This document shows positions 49,641-61,504 of a stretch of DNA of 64,000 nt, one piece after another. The notes below the pieces were generated by a model. That model did no database searches. It was not told the origin of the DNA and worked only from the letters and a program-made list of their open reading frames with translations. This stretch comes from Microbotryum violaceum (lineage: Eukaryota), in contig CDLV01000016.1 in assembly GCA_001244265.2 (NCBI GenBank), forward strand, positions 248,001-312,000, in the 5' to 3' direction. The first letter of the stretch is position 1. Every line of letters begins with the position of its first letter. The position numbers were made by a program, and so were the translations under genes.

Positions 49641-51201
49641 ATGTCGGGGCTCTTTTCTTCCTCGGCGTTTCTTGCGTCAGTCTCGTGTCCCTTCTCACCG
49701 TCGTTCATTGGTCTTTCTTGGCTGGTACTACTACATCTCCATCCCTCGAGGGACTGCGCCCGCCGTTTTGCCCCTTGCTCTTCCCAAGTTGCTCGTCGAA
49801 AGGCACAACGAGCTGGTCTCACCTCCTTTTAAAAACAGCCTTCATTCGATACGAACTTGCTTCACTACCTTACCAAATCCGGCACCTCTCAGCGGATCTA
49901 CGAGTATCCCCCGTTCAGTCACGCTGCTCCTCACTTCCCTCGTCATAGCTTGGTCAAGTTTGCTCGGCACGGTTCTCACCTTGGAAATTTCCTCGATTGC
50001 GGTGCACGTCGCTTGGTCGAGTTTGATTGCGTCCCAAGGCGGTGATTTCTTGGTTCGTCGTGACTCTATCAATTTGGTCAAACTTGCCGAGGACGGGACG
50101 ACGAAGAGCGTCAACGACTTTCCCCCGCCTCCGTCACCGCCGCGAAGCCTCCACTACCCGCAGCTCGACCGCATTGATTGACTCAAATGATACCGAGCAT
50201 CCCACGACCAAAGGGACCAACTCGACTCAATCCACACACCCTTCCCTTCCGTCTGGAACTTCGCTGAACATCTCGACTGCAGCGAGATCAGCCTCGACAG
50301 TCCGGCCGACCGGCCCACAAAACTTCATCGGGCTCTTCAGGGTGCGTTCGATCGATCTCCTGGCGGTCATGCTGCACGTCGCGAAGACAGCGACTCCCAA
50401 GAGGAGATCAAAGATAAGCAAGTCGAGCGGAAGGAGGAGCCCGAGTTCGAGTTCGGGGGATTTTAACGGATTTGCTGGTTCCACGACTAGTGGTCAGGCA
50501 AGAGTCACTTCAATTCAGCTGTTTTCAAAGACCACGACGAGCAGCAACATACGAAGGGCGTCCAAAACAGAATCCAGTCGCAGATTTTCATCAATTGGAC
50601 CGTCGGCAAGAGTCATGCGTTCATCGACTATAATTGCCGCGTTAATGGCTGCCGGGACTCGCACTCCATTCGGAATGACGACTGCGGATGCTGCGTTGGC
50701 GAGGACCACCAGTGTGGCATTATGCGCCGCGGTTTCTACAGGCTCGGGTTTGGGTTCTGACGAGTCAAGTCTGCAAACCGGTGGACTCATGATCCAGTTT
50801 ACTTCATCAGCATCCGGCGCACCCACGTCGCGCAGGCGCACAGTAGAGACGACCCGCACGACTGAACCCCTGTTATCGTCATCGTCAATGATCAAGCCCT
50901 CCGCAGGACCGCAGATTTCAGAGCTACCCGCGATGAGGTCTATCGCATTGAACGTCTCTCAAATACCGCACGTGATCTCGATTTCGGCCCCTAGGCGTTG
51001 GTTCACCGGTCGCGGGTTTAGACGGGAGCAGTACCGATGACCTCGTCCTCAGCTTCAGCAACGACTTCGTCCGGCCCTCCAACGTTCTCGCCGGCGAGAG
51101 CTCTGACGAAGATCCCCACTGATTCCATATCCAGTAAACCTGAACCTCGGGTGTTTCGAGCGCTATCGATGTTAGTTCCGAATCAGGAAGAGGGCTGCTG
51201 A
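49641..51201 (+). CDS. Possible uncharacterised Ser/Thr-rich protein; structure unresolved
   Basis: Overlapping + strand ORFs (49495-50181 and 50027-51040) and a further open segment 51037-51201. The antisense frame is broken by TGA opposite Ser TCA codons, which suggests + is the sense strand. No family recognised. Confidence 0.3.
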
Positions 51202-51347
51202 AGCAAACCGACGCTCAATTCGATCTTTCGCTTAGACGCTGCGCGTTGACGAGGTCAGAGATAGTACACAAACAAAGCGGCTGATCTAAAGAGACGGTCA
51301 TTGGTCAGAGACTAGTAGGAGGAGGGAGTAACGAAGCTCGATTGCGC

Positions 51348-53656
51348 TCAATCGAGCTCTACGACAAGTTGTTCATTCTTGATCGAGGCTGAAAAAAGGA
51401 GAGGAAAGTAAGAGGAAGCAAATCGAAAAGATGTCAGATCCAAGATCGTTTCTACCCTGAAAGTTTCCGTTTTGTGGCACTGACCATCAGCTTCGACGAT
51501 GTAATCCTGCCCAATCTCGCAATCCTTCAATTGCGCGCGATCGCGGATCTGCACGTTCGTCGAAACGACGCAGTTGTCCAATTTGCAGCTACAGTAGGAT
51601 ACGTACACGCAAAGGCGAGTCAGCGCTTTGCTTTGTTCATCCAGTCAAACAGACCGAGCGCGTTCGATCGACTCGCGACGACTCACTTTTCCCCGATATG
51701 CACCCCATCCATCAAGACGCAATTCGTCAACTTGGTCAATCTCCCCACAAAGCATCCTCTCCCGATAATTGACCTCTTGACCCCGACCTTCTCCCCCAAG
51801 TTCGCATGCACACTCGAATGCAACCACGAATCGGGGGAAATGAACACGCCCTGAGGCGTATTCGTCGCCGGTGGTTGAGCCGGTAACAACTTCAACGCCG
51901 AGCGGTTCAATTCGACGTAACCGGCGACGGTGTTGCCTCGCCCACACCAGCCGTCGTGCGATTTCCAGATCACGAGCTTGCACCCTCCGGTCGCGGCTCG
52001 ATCGTTCTTACGACCTCCGGCACCGGCACCTCCTATGGCGGCTTTGGATAAGAGACCGTGATCCCATTCGCCGTTGTTGGGTCCGTTCGAGATGCTGGTT
52101 CTAAGCCAAGACGAACGTGACACGAGCGCAGGAGTGTTCGCTCCCGTTTGAGGTCCCGAAAGCGATTGAGGCGAGTTGGCGAAGGGGAATTTGGACGGGT
52201 GGGAAAGGCTGAGAGGGGCTTGCGTGGTCGATCGACCCATCGCTAGACCGTCTTCCCTTTGCGCCGAGCGAACATCTCGGTACCCGACCGCATCTTTCCC
52301 GCTGTTGCGCCACCACAGACGCGCGACCCAACCTGCGAACTCGCGTAGGCTTTCCATGTGGCTTAAGCGACGGGCGTTGTTGGGGGAGGTGAGCAACGGA
52401 AAAATGAGGGATGAGAAAATGTAGACTTGGCAGGGCAGAAGAGTGGTTGAAAGTGTGGGTGAGGGGAATCTGTTGTAAGTGACCAGGCGGAATGCGAAGT
52501 AAGCATCCGTAGAACGCAAGGAGAGTGGGATCCCGACGTTCTGGACCGACCTTTCCAAAAGAGAGGTCCTCAACGGAATCTCGTCGTCATCGAATTCGTC
52601 CATCTCCCTAATATCGAGTAAGGTCGAAGTTTTGCTATCGTATATCGTGAGAATCTCCGAAGGACCTGCGCGATTCTAGGCGGGCATGGTCAATACAGGC
52701 CCCATCTCTTGACGGAGCCGAAGGAGCGAGGAACTGACCATCCTTCCGGGCCTCGGCCACTGCGCCTGCGGCCCTTTCGTAGAAGAGGGTCGTCATGAGG
52801 TTGTCGTCGGTTCGATGGCGATCGATGAGAGATGCGAGCGATATGGTAGTCATCGGTGTGGGTACGAGGAGGAGATCGCACGGCACCAAAAGGATATCGG
52901 ACTTTGGAATGAAGAATTGGACGCGTGAATTGGAGTGGAGTGAGCTCATGATTGCGGCGGGTAACTGACCTTGATAAGCCCTTTTTCTGTTGCCCACTTC
53001 AACACGGCCACGCTACCTTGACGAGCGACGGCGTCGGGCACCTCTTCCAGCTCAATTCTGGTCGAGGGGGTGCCCGAAGGGAGGTTGCTCGTCGACGGCG
53101 CGGTCCTCCTCGCTCGCAAATGATGCGCTATCGGCGAGGCCAGCGAAGACGGCGACAAGACGAGTACATCTGCGGTCCTGGACGCCGTGTCAGCACGCGT
53201 ACGCTGCCCACTCCCACACGCTGAAAGGCGCGTGCCGCACGCACCGAATACACCCGCTTCTTCGACCCTGTCCAGTGTCCAATCGACCATCTTCTTGCCC
53301 ACCACAGGCAACAGAGCCTTGACCTGGCCCAGCTTCTTTGTCCTCGCACTCGTTGCCGCACTCGTACCCGCAGTGTTCGACCCCAACCCTGTCATCGTGC
53401 CTGCACCAGCCCCTGTCCCGGACGAAGAGCCGCCCATCACCCCGGTCGCATTCGCACCGGCTTGGCTGTCATGACGCTGATGGTGGTGATGGTGCTGAGG
53501 GGAGAGCGGCGCATTCGGGCTTTCGTCCGGTTCGTCGTCGGTGAAGGTTGCTAGTGGCTCGATGAGAGGGTACAGGTCCGAGCCGTAGCCGCACGTGACG
53601 ACGGCGCGAAATTGAGCCTTGGGCAACGCCGTAGGGATCAACGAGTTGGGTAACAT
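51348..53656 (-). CDS. GCD1: Translation initiation factor eIF2B gamma subunit
   Basis: FRAVVTCGYGSDLYPL, KALLPVVGKKMVDW, DILLVPCDL. C-terminal left-handed beta-helix (VKRSIIGRGC..LTNCVLMDGVHIG..LDNCVV). Confidence 0.9.
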
Positions 53657-54367
53657 CCTGTCGAGACTCGCAGCTCGTTCAAGTATTTGACTGGGCTAAG
53701 TGAACCGGGTCGAGAATGGACGAACGCGATACGAAAGGGAGCGAAAGGTGCGAAGGGCGACGGCGACGACGAGGGAGCCGACTAGGCAACGGCTCCTCTC
53801 GCGACTTTCGCGCTGTCTCGCGCTGTCTCGCGCGCCTGGTCCATCTGGGTCTTGAGAAGTTTCGAGCCCCGGTCAATTACTTCCTATTCTCGACCGAGTT
53901 CGTGGGTCGATGCTAGCGCAATTGCTCCGCAACGCACGACCATAACATTTGCTGACCCTCGGAACCCCTAAAGGCGACCATTCTAACGCGAGGAGAAATG
54001 CGAGCACCGGGCCGGCCAGCTGCACGCTTGTGATCAGATTTTGAGACTATGGACCGTGATGTGATTGCAAAGCGGATGAAGCTACAAAACAAAATGTCAA
54101 GGTGTACAAGCAATGTGTATAGGGATAAGAACCAGTACTAAGACGATACATCAGAGAGTGGGATATAAAAATCAAGAGAAGGGCCCGAGTCGAGAATAAG
54201 GTGTAGGTAGGTGTACGGTATAGTATGGCATAGTGAAGATGACGTGGAATGTCCCCGGGAAGGTACTGAATGCAAACGAGAGTTGCCGAGGAGCCGTGAC
54301 AGCATGGAATCGTTGAAGGGCCGATCAACGAACACGACAGCTGACAGGGGTCAAAAAACAGAGAGTC

Positions 54368-56344
54368 CTACGCCTTGGTAGCGTTCGAAGGGGTCCGACG
54401 AGGCGGAGGAGCCAGCCAAGGATGCCGTCGCACTTGTGCGATCGTCGGGCGTTTCGTCACATCCGGTTCGAGGCAATTGTAGAGTAAGTCGCGAAGCTCG
54501 TGCGACATCCTTACCTTGGGTCGCGCAGGTCGACCAGCCTTGATCGCTTCGACGTTCGCGAAAGGCGATTCGCCCATCACGAGAATCGACAACAGGATCC
54601 CGAGCGACCAGACCTCGGAGGCGGGGGCTTGGTAAGCCTCACCACGGAGGATCTCGGGCGAGGCAAACGAGGTCGTGCCAAAGAAGCGGTTATACCACGG
54701 TGCCGGTTGGCGAGGGTCGAAGAAGACAGCCGAGCCGAAATCGATCAGCTTGACCTTGTAGTCGCTCGAGATAACGATGTTCTCGTCCTTGATGTCGCGA
54801 TGTACAATGCCAAGTGTCCCCAAAGTGTAGACGACCTCGACGATCTGCATGAATATGTACCTCGCGATGTTTTCGTCGAAGCGGTGATAGCGCTCGATAC
54901 ATTCGAAGAGATCGCACGACGCGCGCCGCTCCATCGGCGCGGGTCGCGGCGGGGAGAGCTTGTTCGTTGATGTGGGTGTCAAGGAAGAAGCCAACGGAGA
55001 CATCTCCGCCGACGTCGGCGAGGCCGAGGGCGTCATCGTCTGGGGGATGCTCGGTTGGGCCGCAGACACGAGACCCGGGAGATCCGACGGAGACGAGCAC
55101 GGCGCTTCGACCTTGTCAGGCGAAAGCCAAGGCGTGCCATGGTGTTCCATGACCTGCGGAACATTAACAACATATGATTAGATACAATTCAAGCGGGCAG
55201 GGCCGGCGAAAAGCAGACTCACCAAGTAAAAGTAGCGGTCGTCCTCGAAGGCATCCACGAAGGCGATGATGCCCGAATGCTGCATCTTGTTGATGTGGCG
55301 CAAAATGAACGCTTCGGTCGGGATCAATCGGTAGGCTCCCTTATCGTCGCACATCTGGGGCAACAACCCCGGAGCCGGAAGGGGGCCACGGTCCTTGGTC
55401 AAGCCGTGGGCGGGTATCTTGGCTCGCTCGATGAACTTGACGGCGACCGAGTATTCATCGCACTTGCGCATTGCGCGAACGACAAAGCCGAACCCACCAG
55501 CTCCGAGCTCTTCCTGCAGCGTGTATTGGGCAGCGAACAGCGGGTGCAGGGTGTAGTTTTGCAGCGCAGCCGCCGATGGCGACAGCTTGACGGGGGCGGC
55601 GGCGGATAAAGCGGCGGCGGGCGCAGCGCCGCCAACCAGGGGTGCCGAGGGTAAGGAAAATTGCTGCTGTTCTTGAAGATTGAGTGGCCCCGACGGTGTC
55701 GGCGGCGGTGTGAGGAGCGTTGCACGTTCCGGTACCGACGATGGGAGGCAAGCTGGTTGTATCCGCGGAGTCGAATGCGCCTGCTGCTGTGACGAGGTCA
55801 ATTCGGTACTACTTAAGTTGAGCTTGCTCTTGTCAGAAGTACGACTACTCGGTGGTGGCGAGGGAAGCCCGAAGCCCATCACGGTGTCGGGGATCGAAAC
55901 GGAAATGGCGCAGTTCGAGCGCCCGACCGGCGGGGGCGTCGCGAACGCATCGACCATGGTCGCGTCGGTGTCGACCTCGGCATCGACGACTTTTGCAAAG
56001 TACGGCGATTTGGGTGTCATGGGTGGACGAGTGGGAGAGTAGGGCGAGAGCTCCGGATGCTTGAATACACCGTCATGCGACGAGGACGATTCGGGCACAA
56101 AGTCCGACGAGCGAAGAATCAGCGAACGCGTGGGTCGCGATGTAGGCGAGGTTGTATCGGGGGTATGGAGTACAGTAGGGAAGTAAGATCCTGGGCTCAT
56201 ACCACGAGTAACGACTTTAGTGGCACTGGCATTTTTCGACACGTTAACGAAGAACGAGGACGCCCCCAAGGGAGAACGGACGCCGGGCGCTATAAAGGGG
56301 CCGTCCGACTCCAAGGGAGCACCGAGGGTTCGGAAGGAGATCAT
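54368..56344 (-). CDS. Ser/Thr protein kinase, PASK/PIM-like (CAMK group), 2 exons
   Basis: LGAGGFGFV, VAVKFI, DLFECIE, HRDIKDEN, IDFGSA, GTTSFASPE and VWSLG. Intron at about 55221-55153. Confidence 0.9.
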
Positions 56345-59300
56345 GGCAGGCGTAGGGAAGATGGATGATTGTGCAGTCGAGTAGGTGTCGCACGAAAAGA
56401 CTTTATACCCGGTGTATACGGTAAAAGACAAAGAAGTGTGGCAACAGCAGCGGCGCGAGGATCGTCCAAAGAAAATGAGCGGCGGGCAGGGGAACGAAGC
56501 AAGAAGGGTGCGCTGTGCGTGAGACGATTCGCTCGTGATGGCGGCTCGCTATGACATAATATTACGGTAAGGGTTCGCCGTTCGTTAGCCAAGCGTCGAT
56601 GTTGGAGTGAAGGGCTCTGGAAGAGGCGCTAGCCCCGACCGTCGGGCAAAGACGTGCACGTACCTCCTCAAGTGTCTAGCCCGATCGATAGTGGGAGTTG
56701 GGGCCTCGAGCAACGGAGTAAGTCTCAAAGATGTCCGTTCGACCGTTGGCGAAGGTGTATGAATGGACTGATAGCAAATTGCATAAGAGGGACTCGTCAG
56801 CGATGTCTATTAGCGCCGTCCCACCATGTGAGACCCGGCGACCCAGGCGCGGGGTCCGGCCGTTCGGCGGTGAAACTAGCACCGTACACATTGGGTCCAG
56901 TACGCACACTTTTCAAAGTCAATAGTGCTGACTCCTATATTTGACAAGATTGGCTGGAGCCGTGATGCCGAGACTTTACAGACCGACGAAGGGTGCGCTA
57001 GAAATGGCCGAGGTTTCACCAAAGAGTTTGCAGAGTGAATGACGGAAAGAGCTGCACAGGCGGTCAGTGAGTCGGTCGGCGCAGGTACTGTGAGATGCGG
57101 ATGAATTGTTGGAGCGATATGGGTGTTTAGTCCGTGTCAGCTTGGGTGTGCAAAAACTGACGACATGCCGGAAAAACTTTTGAAGAAGCCGTCATCAATG
57201 ACGTTGCAATCCATTGACCCGGGGTCCGAGAATGAGACTGCGCGCGAGCCCGGTCGCGAAACCTCACGGCAGACCGACAGACTTCAAGCGCGTGCGTCGT
57301 ACATCGAATCGGAACGAGCCCTCTGCAATGAGTAATGGCGTCTGATGGACGTACCACAAGCGAATGAAGCTCAAGAGACGGAGTGATAAGGAGCGTATAA
57401 AGGCAACGAGTCGCGTCAGACTGTCGAATGAGCCGATGAACGGGTGTGTGAGGGTCCAAGTTGCACCGCGGCGGCTTGGGCTTGATCTGAGCTGGTAAGA
57501 GGTCCGAGCTCGCGCGGGGGCAAGAGCCGTCGCACGAGGGCGCTGCTGCTTTCAGCGAGTCCAGCCTGCAGCAGCCTGGACGGCTTGTTATCGTCAGCGT
57601 TCGCCGTTCGCCAGTTGGAGTTGGGGTGTGCGGGGCTACAGGGTGTGGATTGCGGAACGAGCAACGATCGTAAGGAAGAAACAGTTTGGTGATCAGCAAT
57701 CATTGAAGCGGCGCGGGACCAGGTCTACGTACGTAACACCGTTCAGGATAAGTCTCTGTGTCTACTAGGGTCGATCAAAGGGCACAATTAATGGGCTGTC
57801 GCTGCACGTGCCAGCGATCTTGGACCGCGCGCCCTGCATCGGGAACAGATCTCGACTTTATCAGCAAGACGCGACTCACTCGACTCGTTCTTTTCGCCCG
57901 CGCGGACCCTGCCTCGGCAAATCGACCACTTCGTGCGGCAAAACCTCGCTGTTCCACTACCTCGACTTTCGAATCCCAGATTCCCGGTCAAGCCTATGAT
58001 TTTTAATCCTAGTTCAACCGTATGTGCAACCATTAGGTAGCTGGGATATCTACGGTTCTGCCGACCTTCCCGCATTCACGAGCAGAAAGCGAGACAAAGA
58101 CTTTGGACCTTGGAAGCCTGTGGATCGAAAACTCACGGTTCTGTCTGGAAGTTTCCGATCGACGATGACCGACAAAACTGGTGGCTCATGAGTACGACCT
58201 AGGTAGGCTTATGATGAGACGTAGGTAGGTAGATAGACTCGGACCCGCTTACTGTGATCGATCTGACTCGTGCCTGGCGATGGACGCGCAAGCGGTCACG
58301 ATGATCGCCACACGCGTAGCTGATGCGAACAGCCAACGCTCTTGGCGCGCGTAAAGGCGGGCAGCAGTGGACAGGCAGTCGGACTCGGTAACACGACGGT
58401 GAAGAAAGAAGAGGTAGGCAGTAGGTCGGTGTCATAGCCAGGGTGAGAGTGTATCTACCGAGGTATCATGGATGCCAAAGATGCATAGCTCCTACCTGGG
58501 CCACGTATGGACTCTTTCACATGATTTGTAGGGAGCAGTAAGGAGCCCGTGGCGCATAAGTGAAAGCTCAGGTGACCTTGTTGGAAGCTTGGAGTCGAAA
58601 GCCGATTCGCTTGGATTGATTGCAAGAATCACGAAGTGTGATGCCTTCGCAATCTATCCCATTGGCCAACAGATTGGTGCCCGTCGGTACCCGATAGGTA
58701 GGGAGGTAGTGACCCTCGATTGGCCGGCCTCTATCCGGTTTTGTCATGAAACTCAAATGACTGCGCGTCGCGACGCGTCGAGCAAGCGCGATGAGATTGA
58801 TTCGGCAGCTTAAAAGGTCGATTCGACTTACTTAGTTTGCTTGGTCCTATGGATGTGTCATTAATTATTTCTTAAATCAAGAGGAATCGCATGGACCGAC
58901 CTACCTACATAGACACCAACCCTAAAATGGAAAGCATGGGTGGGTGCCGCGACACGCGTCGGCCGGTACTACACTGGTTTAATTTATGCAGCTGGCAGCC
59001 AAGCGCCGCAAATCCATCTCGGGTCGATCCGATTCTAACTTCGATATCTCCTGGTCAGTGGAGCAGTTAGTGTCAATGACGTCGGAGGCAGGAAGATGTG
59101 AGGGGTTTGCATCGTTTCGTCTGGAGCCGAGCATCTGTAGTGGTACTCCCAGTAAGCTGTAGCATTTCACATGTGAAAAAGTGGTACAATCCCGAGGCCT
59201 ACCGAAGAGGGCAAGGCTATTGGCATATTTGACAGATCTAAGTGATAGGTTACATCGCCCCCTCGCAAGGTGGCGAACAACATTCTTGTAACCAGCAGGT

Positions 59301-59491
59301 CAAACTCTTATTGTCCAATGCACCGAGGACGCCCACTTGGACAGGCCCATCCTCGGGGCAGACATTAGAGAAATAAAGATCGTGAAGACAGATGAATTGA
59401 TAGTGATACAGTGCCACCTCAAGACGGAGTTATTTGAAGAAGCGAAGTGATACAGGGATCGGTGGTCTGGCGCATGATTAAAGCGCCGAGC

Positions 59492-61504
59492 TCACGTGGT
59501 TCGGTGGGGTACGACACGCTTGATCGCTCGTGCGAACTTGCCGAGGCAGAAAAAGTCGCCCTCGTCCTTGTGTAGAGTGCAAGCGGCGTAGTGTTGAACG
59601 ATGCGAGACGGCCGACGCTCGGATCCTTCCTCGTCCCACCTCGCGGTCCAGGCCCCCGTTCCGGGGCAGTGTTCATGTCGGCCCTCGCACGCCTGAACCC
59701 TCCACCACGCACTCGAGCCGATGGGATGAGTCGGATCCACGACCATCGAATCTCGGGGGAAATGGACGAACGTGAGGATGCTGTTCGACGGCAGGTGGCT
59801 GAGTGGTTCGATTGGCTCGATCCGGACACGGGGCTGTCGTTGCCCTTCCTCGACCTTGGGATTCCGAAAATCGTACGACACGATCCACTTGGTGATTGCA
59901 CCAGCGCGACTCGAGACGAAGTGGTACGATGTCCTGTGCTCACAGTCCTGCTCCAGCATCTCGTATGTGTATTGCAGGCGCGAATGCACCGTCCGGTACA
60001 ATGTCGACCTCACGGCATTGGCTCCCGGTTCCGAGTCAAGTTCGAGCTCCAGCACGTCTTGCTCAGTCACCTCGCTTTTGGAGCGGGTTTGGGTGTGAAC
60101 GATGAAGACATCGACCGAATTTGTCGAAAAGACGGCGTTTTCGTCGTACTGCACCGATCGCGTTGTTCGGGACCGTGTGTCTGCCGAGCGAGATCGGCGC
60201 TTCTTGACCAGTTTCTGTGGCGCCGCCCCGGACGCCGACTCGTTCGACGACTGCGGCGAATTCGAGGTCGTCGAAGTGAGGTCTGATAGCAGCGAGCTCG
60301 GAGAAGGCGTTATAATAGCCGAAAGGGAGTGATCATTCAAGCCCTGCAAGTGCGGGCTCGAGTCCCCCCGAGGCGGTGTCGGGAAGGGGTGGTAGCGCAC
60401 GGATCCGCTCGAGAGCCGTCGATGGTGACTGACGCGCCCACCTGGATTCGGCGACTCTGAAACCAAGAGCGACCGTGTCCTCGAGTGACCTGAATCATTG
60501 AGTGAGGACGGGTCCGGGGTCAGCGAGCGAGAGATGTTGATGGTCGGGGACTGCGTGTAGCCCGTGGACGGGGAGAGGTCCGTAGTGACGAGTCTCGGGA
60601 GGGACGACGAGGACAAATGCCTGGCGCCGGGAGACTCGGAATGATCGGGCGTACTAGCAGAGTTGTCGAAGGGGGTCGGTGTCGTGGGCTGCACCATCGG
60701 TGTCATCGTCGTGGCGTTATGGTTCGTTTCATAGCCGATGTTCCTCGAGCTCCAGGGGTACGACTCTTCGACTTCCAGGCTGCCGAATTGGGTGGCGAGT
60801 GGGGTAGTTGAGCCCGAGGAGCTGGGCATAGGCATAGCCAGGCCCCGTGAGGGAACCGGGACCATTGAGGCAGCATAATAGCTGGCAAATTGGAAAGGGG
60901 AAAGAAATGGCGAAGGATGCAGAACGAAGGGGCCTAACTGTGGGGGACGTTGAAGTACCACCGATATGGTCAGCGAGGGGTCCAAGGAATCAGTTTGCTC
61001 GCGCGAGAGATTTCTGTGCGAGATGGAGATAGACGTACTAGGCATGAAGGGCGAAAGCGAAGCACTGCCCGGTATCGGACTTGCGCTCATGGCCCGATGA
61101 GGACTCGGCGAGGTGTAAGGGGAAAAGGGTGGAGTTGCCGTGCCAGAAAATCCGAGATTCAACGGATTTATGGGTTGCAGCGACAGCAAAGAGGAGCCTA
61201 AAGTAACATTGTTACTCGGGTCGAGCAAAAGTTGCGGTTTCAAGTCGTTTGTGGGCTGCATCGACGAATCGGTAAAGTTCGTTGGCGATACGGCGGACGT
61301 TACTGGACCATCACCTCGCGCCTGCAGCTGCTGGGCGATCCAGTCCTCCATTGTCCGCTTCCAAAACCGTTGAAGCTCATTCGCCGATGTAGGTAAGTCG
61401 CCATTGAGCTCATGATGGGATCTGAGCTCATGTTTGATCGACCTGGCCGACGACGAGTCGATCACGGGTGCCTCCTCGACGAGCAGTGACTGAATCGACT
61501 GCTG
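59492..61504 (-). CDS. Uncharacterised protein: long Ser/Pro/Thr-rich region, basic NLS-like KKRRSR, Cys/His-containing C-terminal domain; ends unresolved
   Basis: 657-aa open frame with first true ATG at 61351. Candidate upstream exon near 61875-61775 ends in GTAAGT. Possible donor GTGAGC near 59495. Confidence 0.55.
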   Translation of the reverse strand, partial: QQSIQSLLVEEAPVIDSSSARSIKHELRSHHELNGDLPTSANELQRFWKRTMEDWIAQQLQARGDGPVTSAVSPTNFTDSSMQPTNDLKPQLLLDPSNNVTLGSSLLSLQPINPLNLGFSGTATPPFSPYTSPSPHRAMSASPIPGSASLSPFMPSTSISISHRNLSREQTDSLDPSLTISVVLQRPPQLGPFVLHPSPFLSPFQFASYYAASMVPVPSRGLAMPMPSSSGSTTPLATQFGSLEVEESYPWSSRNIGYETNHNATTMTPMVQPTTPTPFDNSASTPDHSESPGARHLSSSSLPRLVTTDLSPSTGYTQSPTINISRSLTPDPSSLNDSGHSRTRSLLVSESPNPGGRVSHHRRLSSGSVRYHPFPTPPRGDSSPHLQGLNDHSLSAIITPSPSSLLSDLTSTTSNSPQSSNESASGAAPQKLVKKRRSRSADTRSRTTRSVQYDENAVFSTNSVDVFIVHTQTRSKSEVTEQDVLELELDSEPGANAVRSTLYRTVHSRLQYTYEMLEQDCEHRTSYHFVSSRAGAITKWIVSYDFRNPKVEEGQRQPRVRIEPIEPLSHLPSNSILTFVHFPRDSMVVDPTHPIGSSAWWRVQACEGRHEHCPGTGAWTARWDEEGSERRPSRIVQHYAACTLHKDEGDFFCLGKFARAIKRVVPHRTT

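Noticed and set aside
58916-58926. CAACCCTAAA resembling a telomere repeat or telomerase template
   Set aside because: A single imperfect copy, expected by chance.
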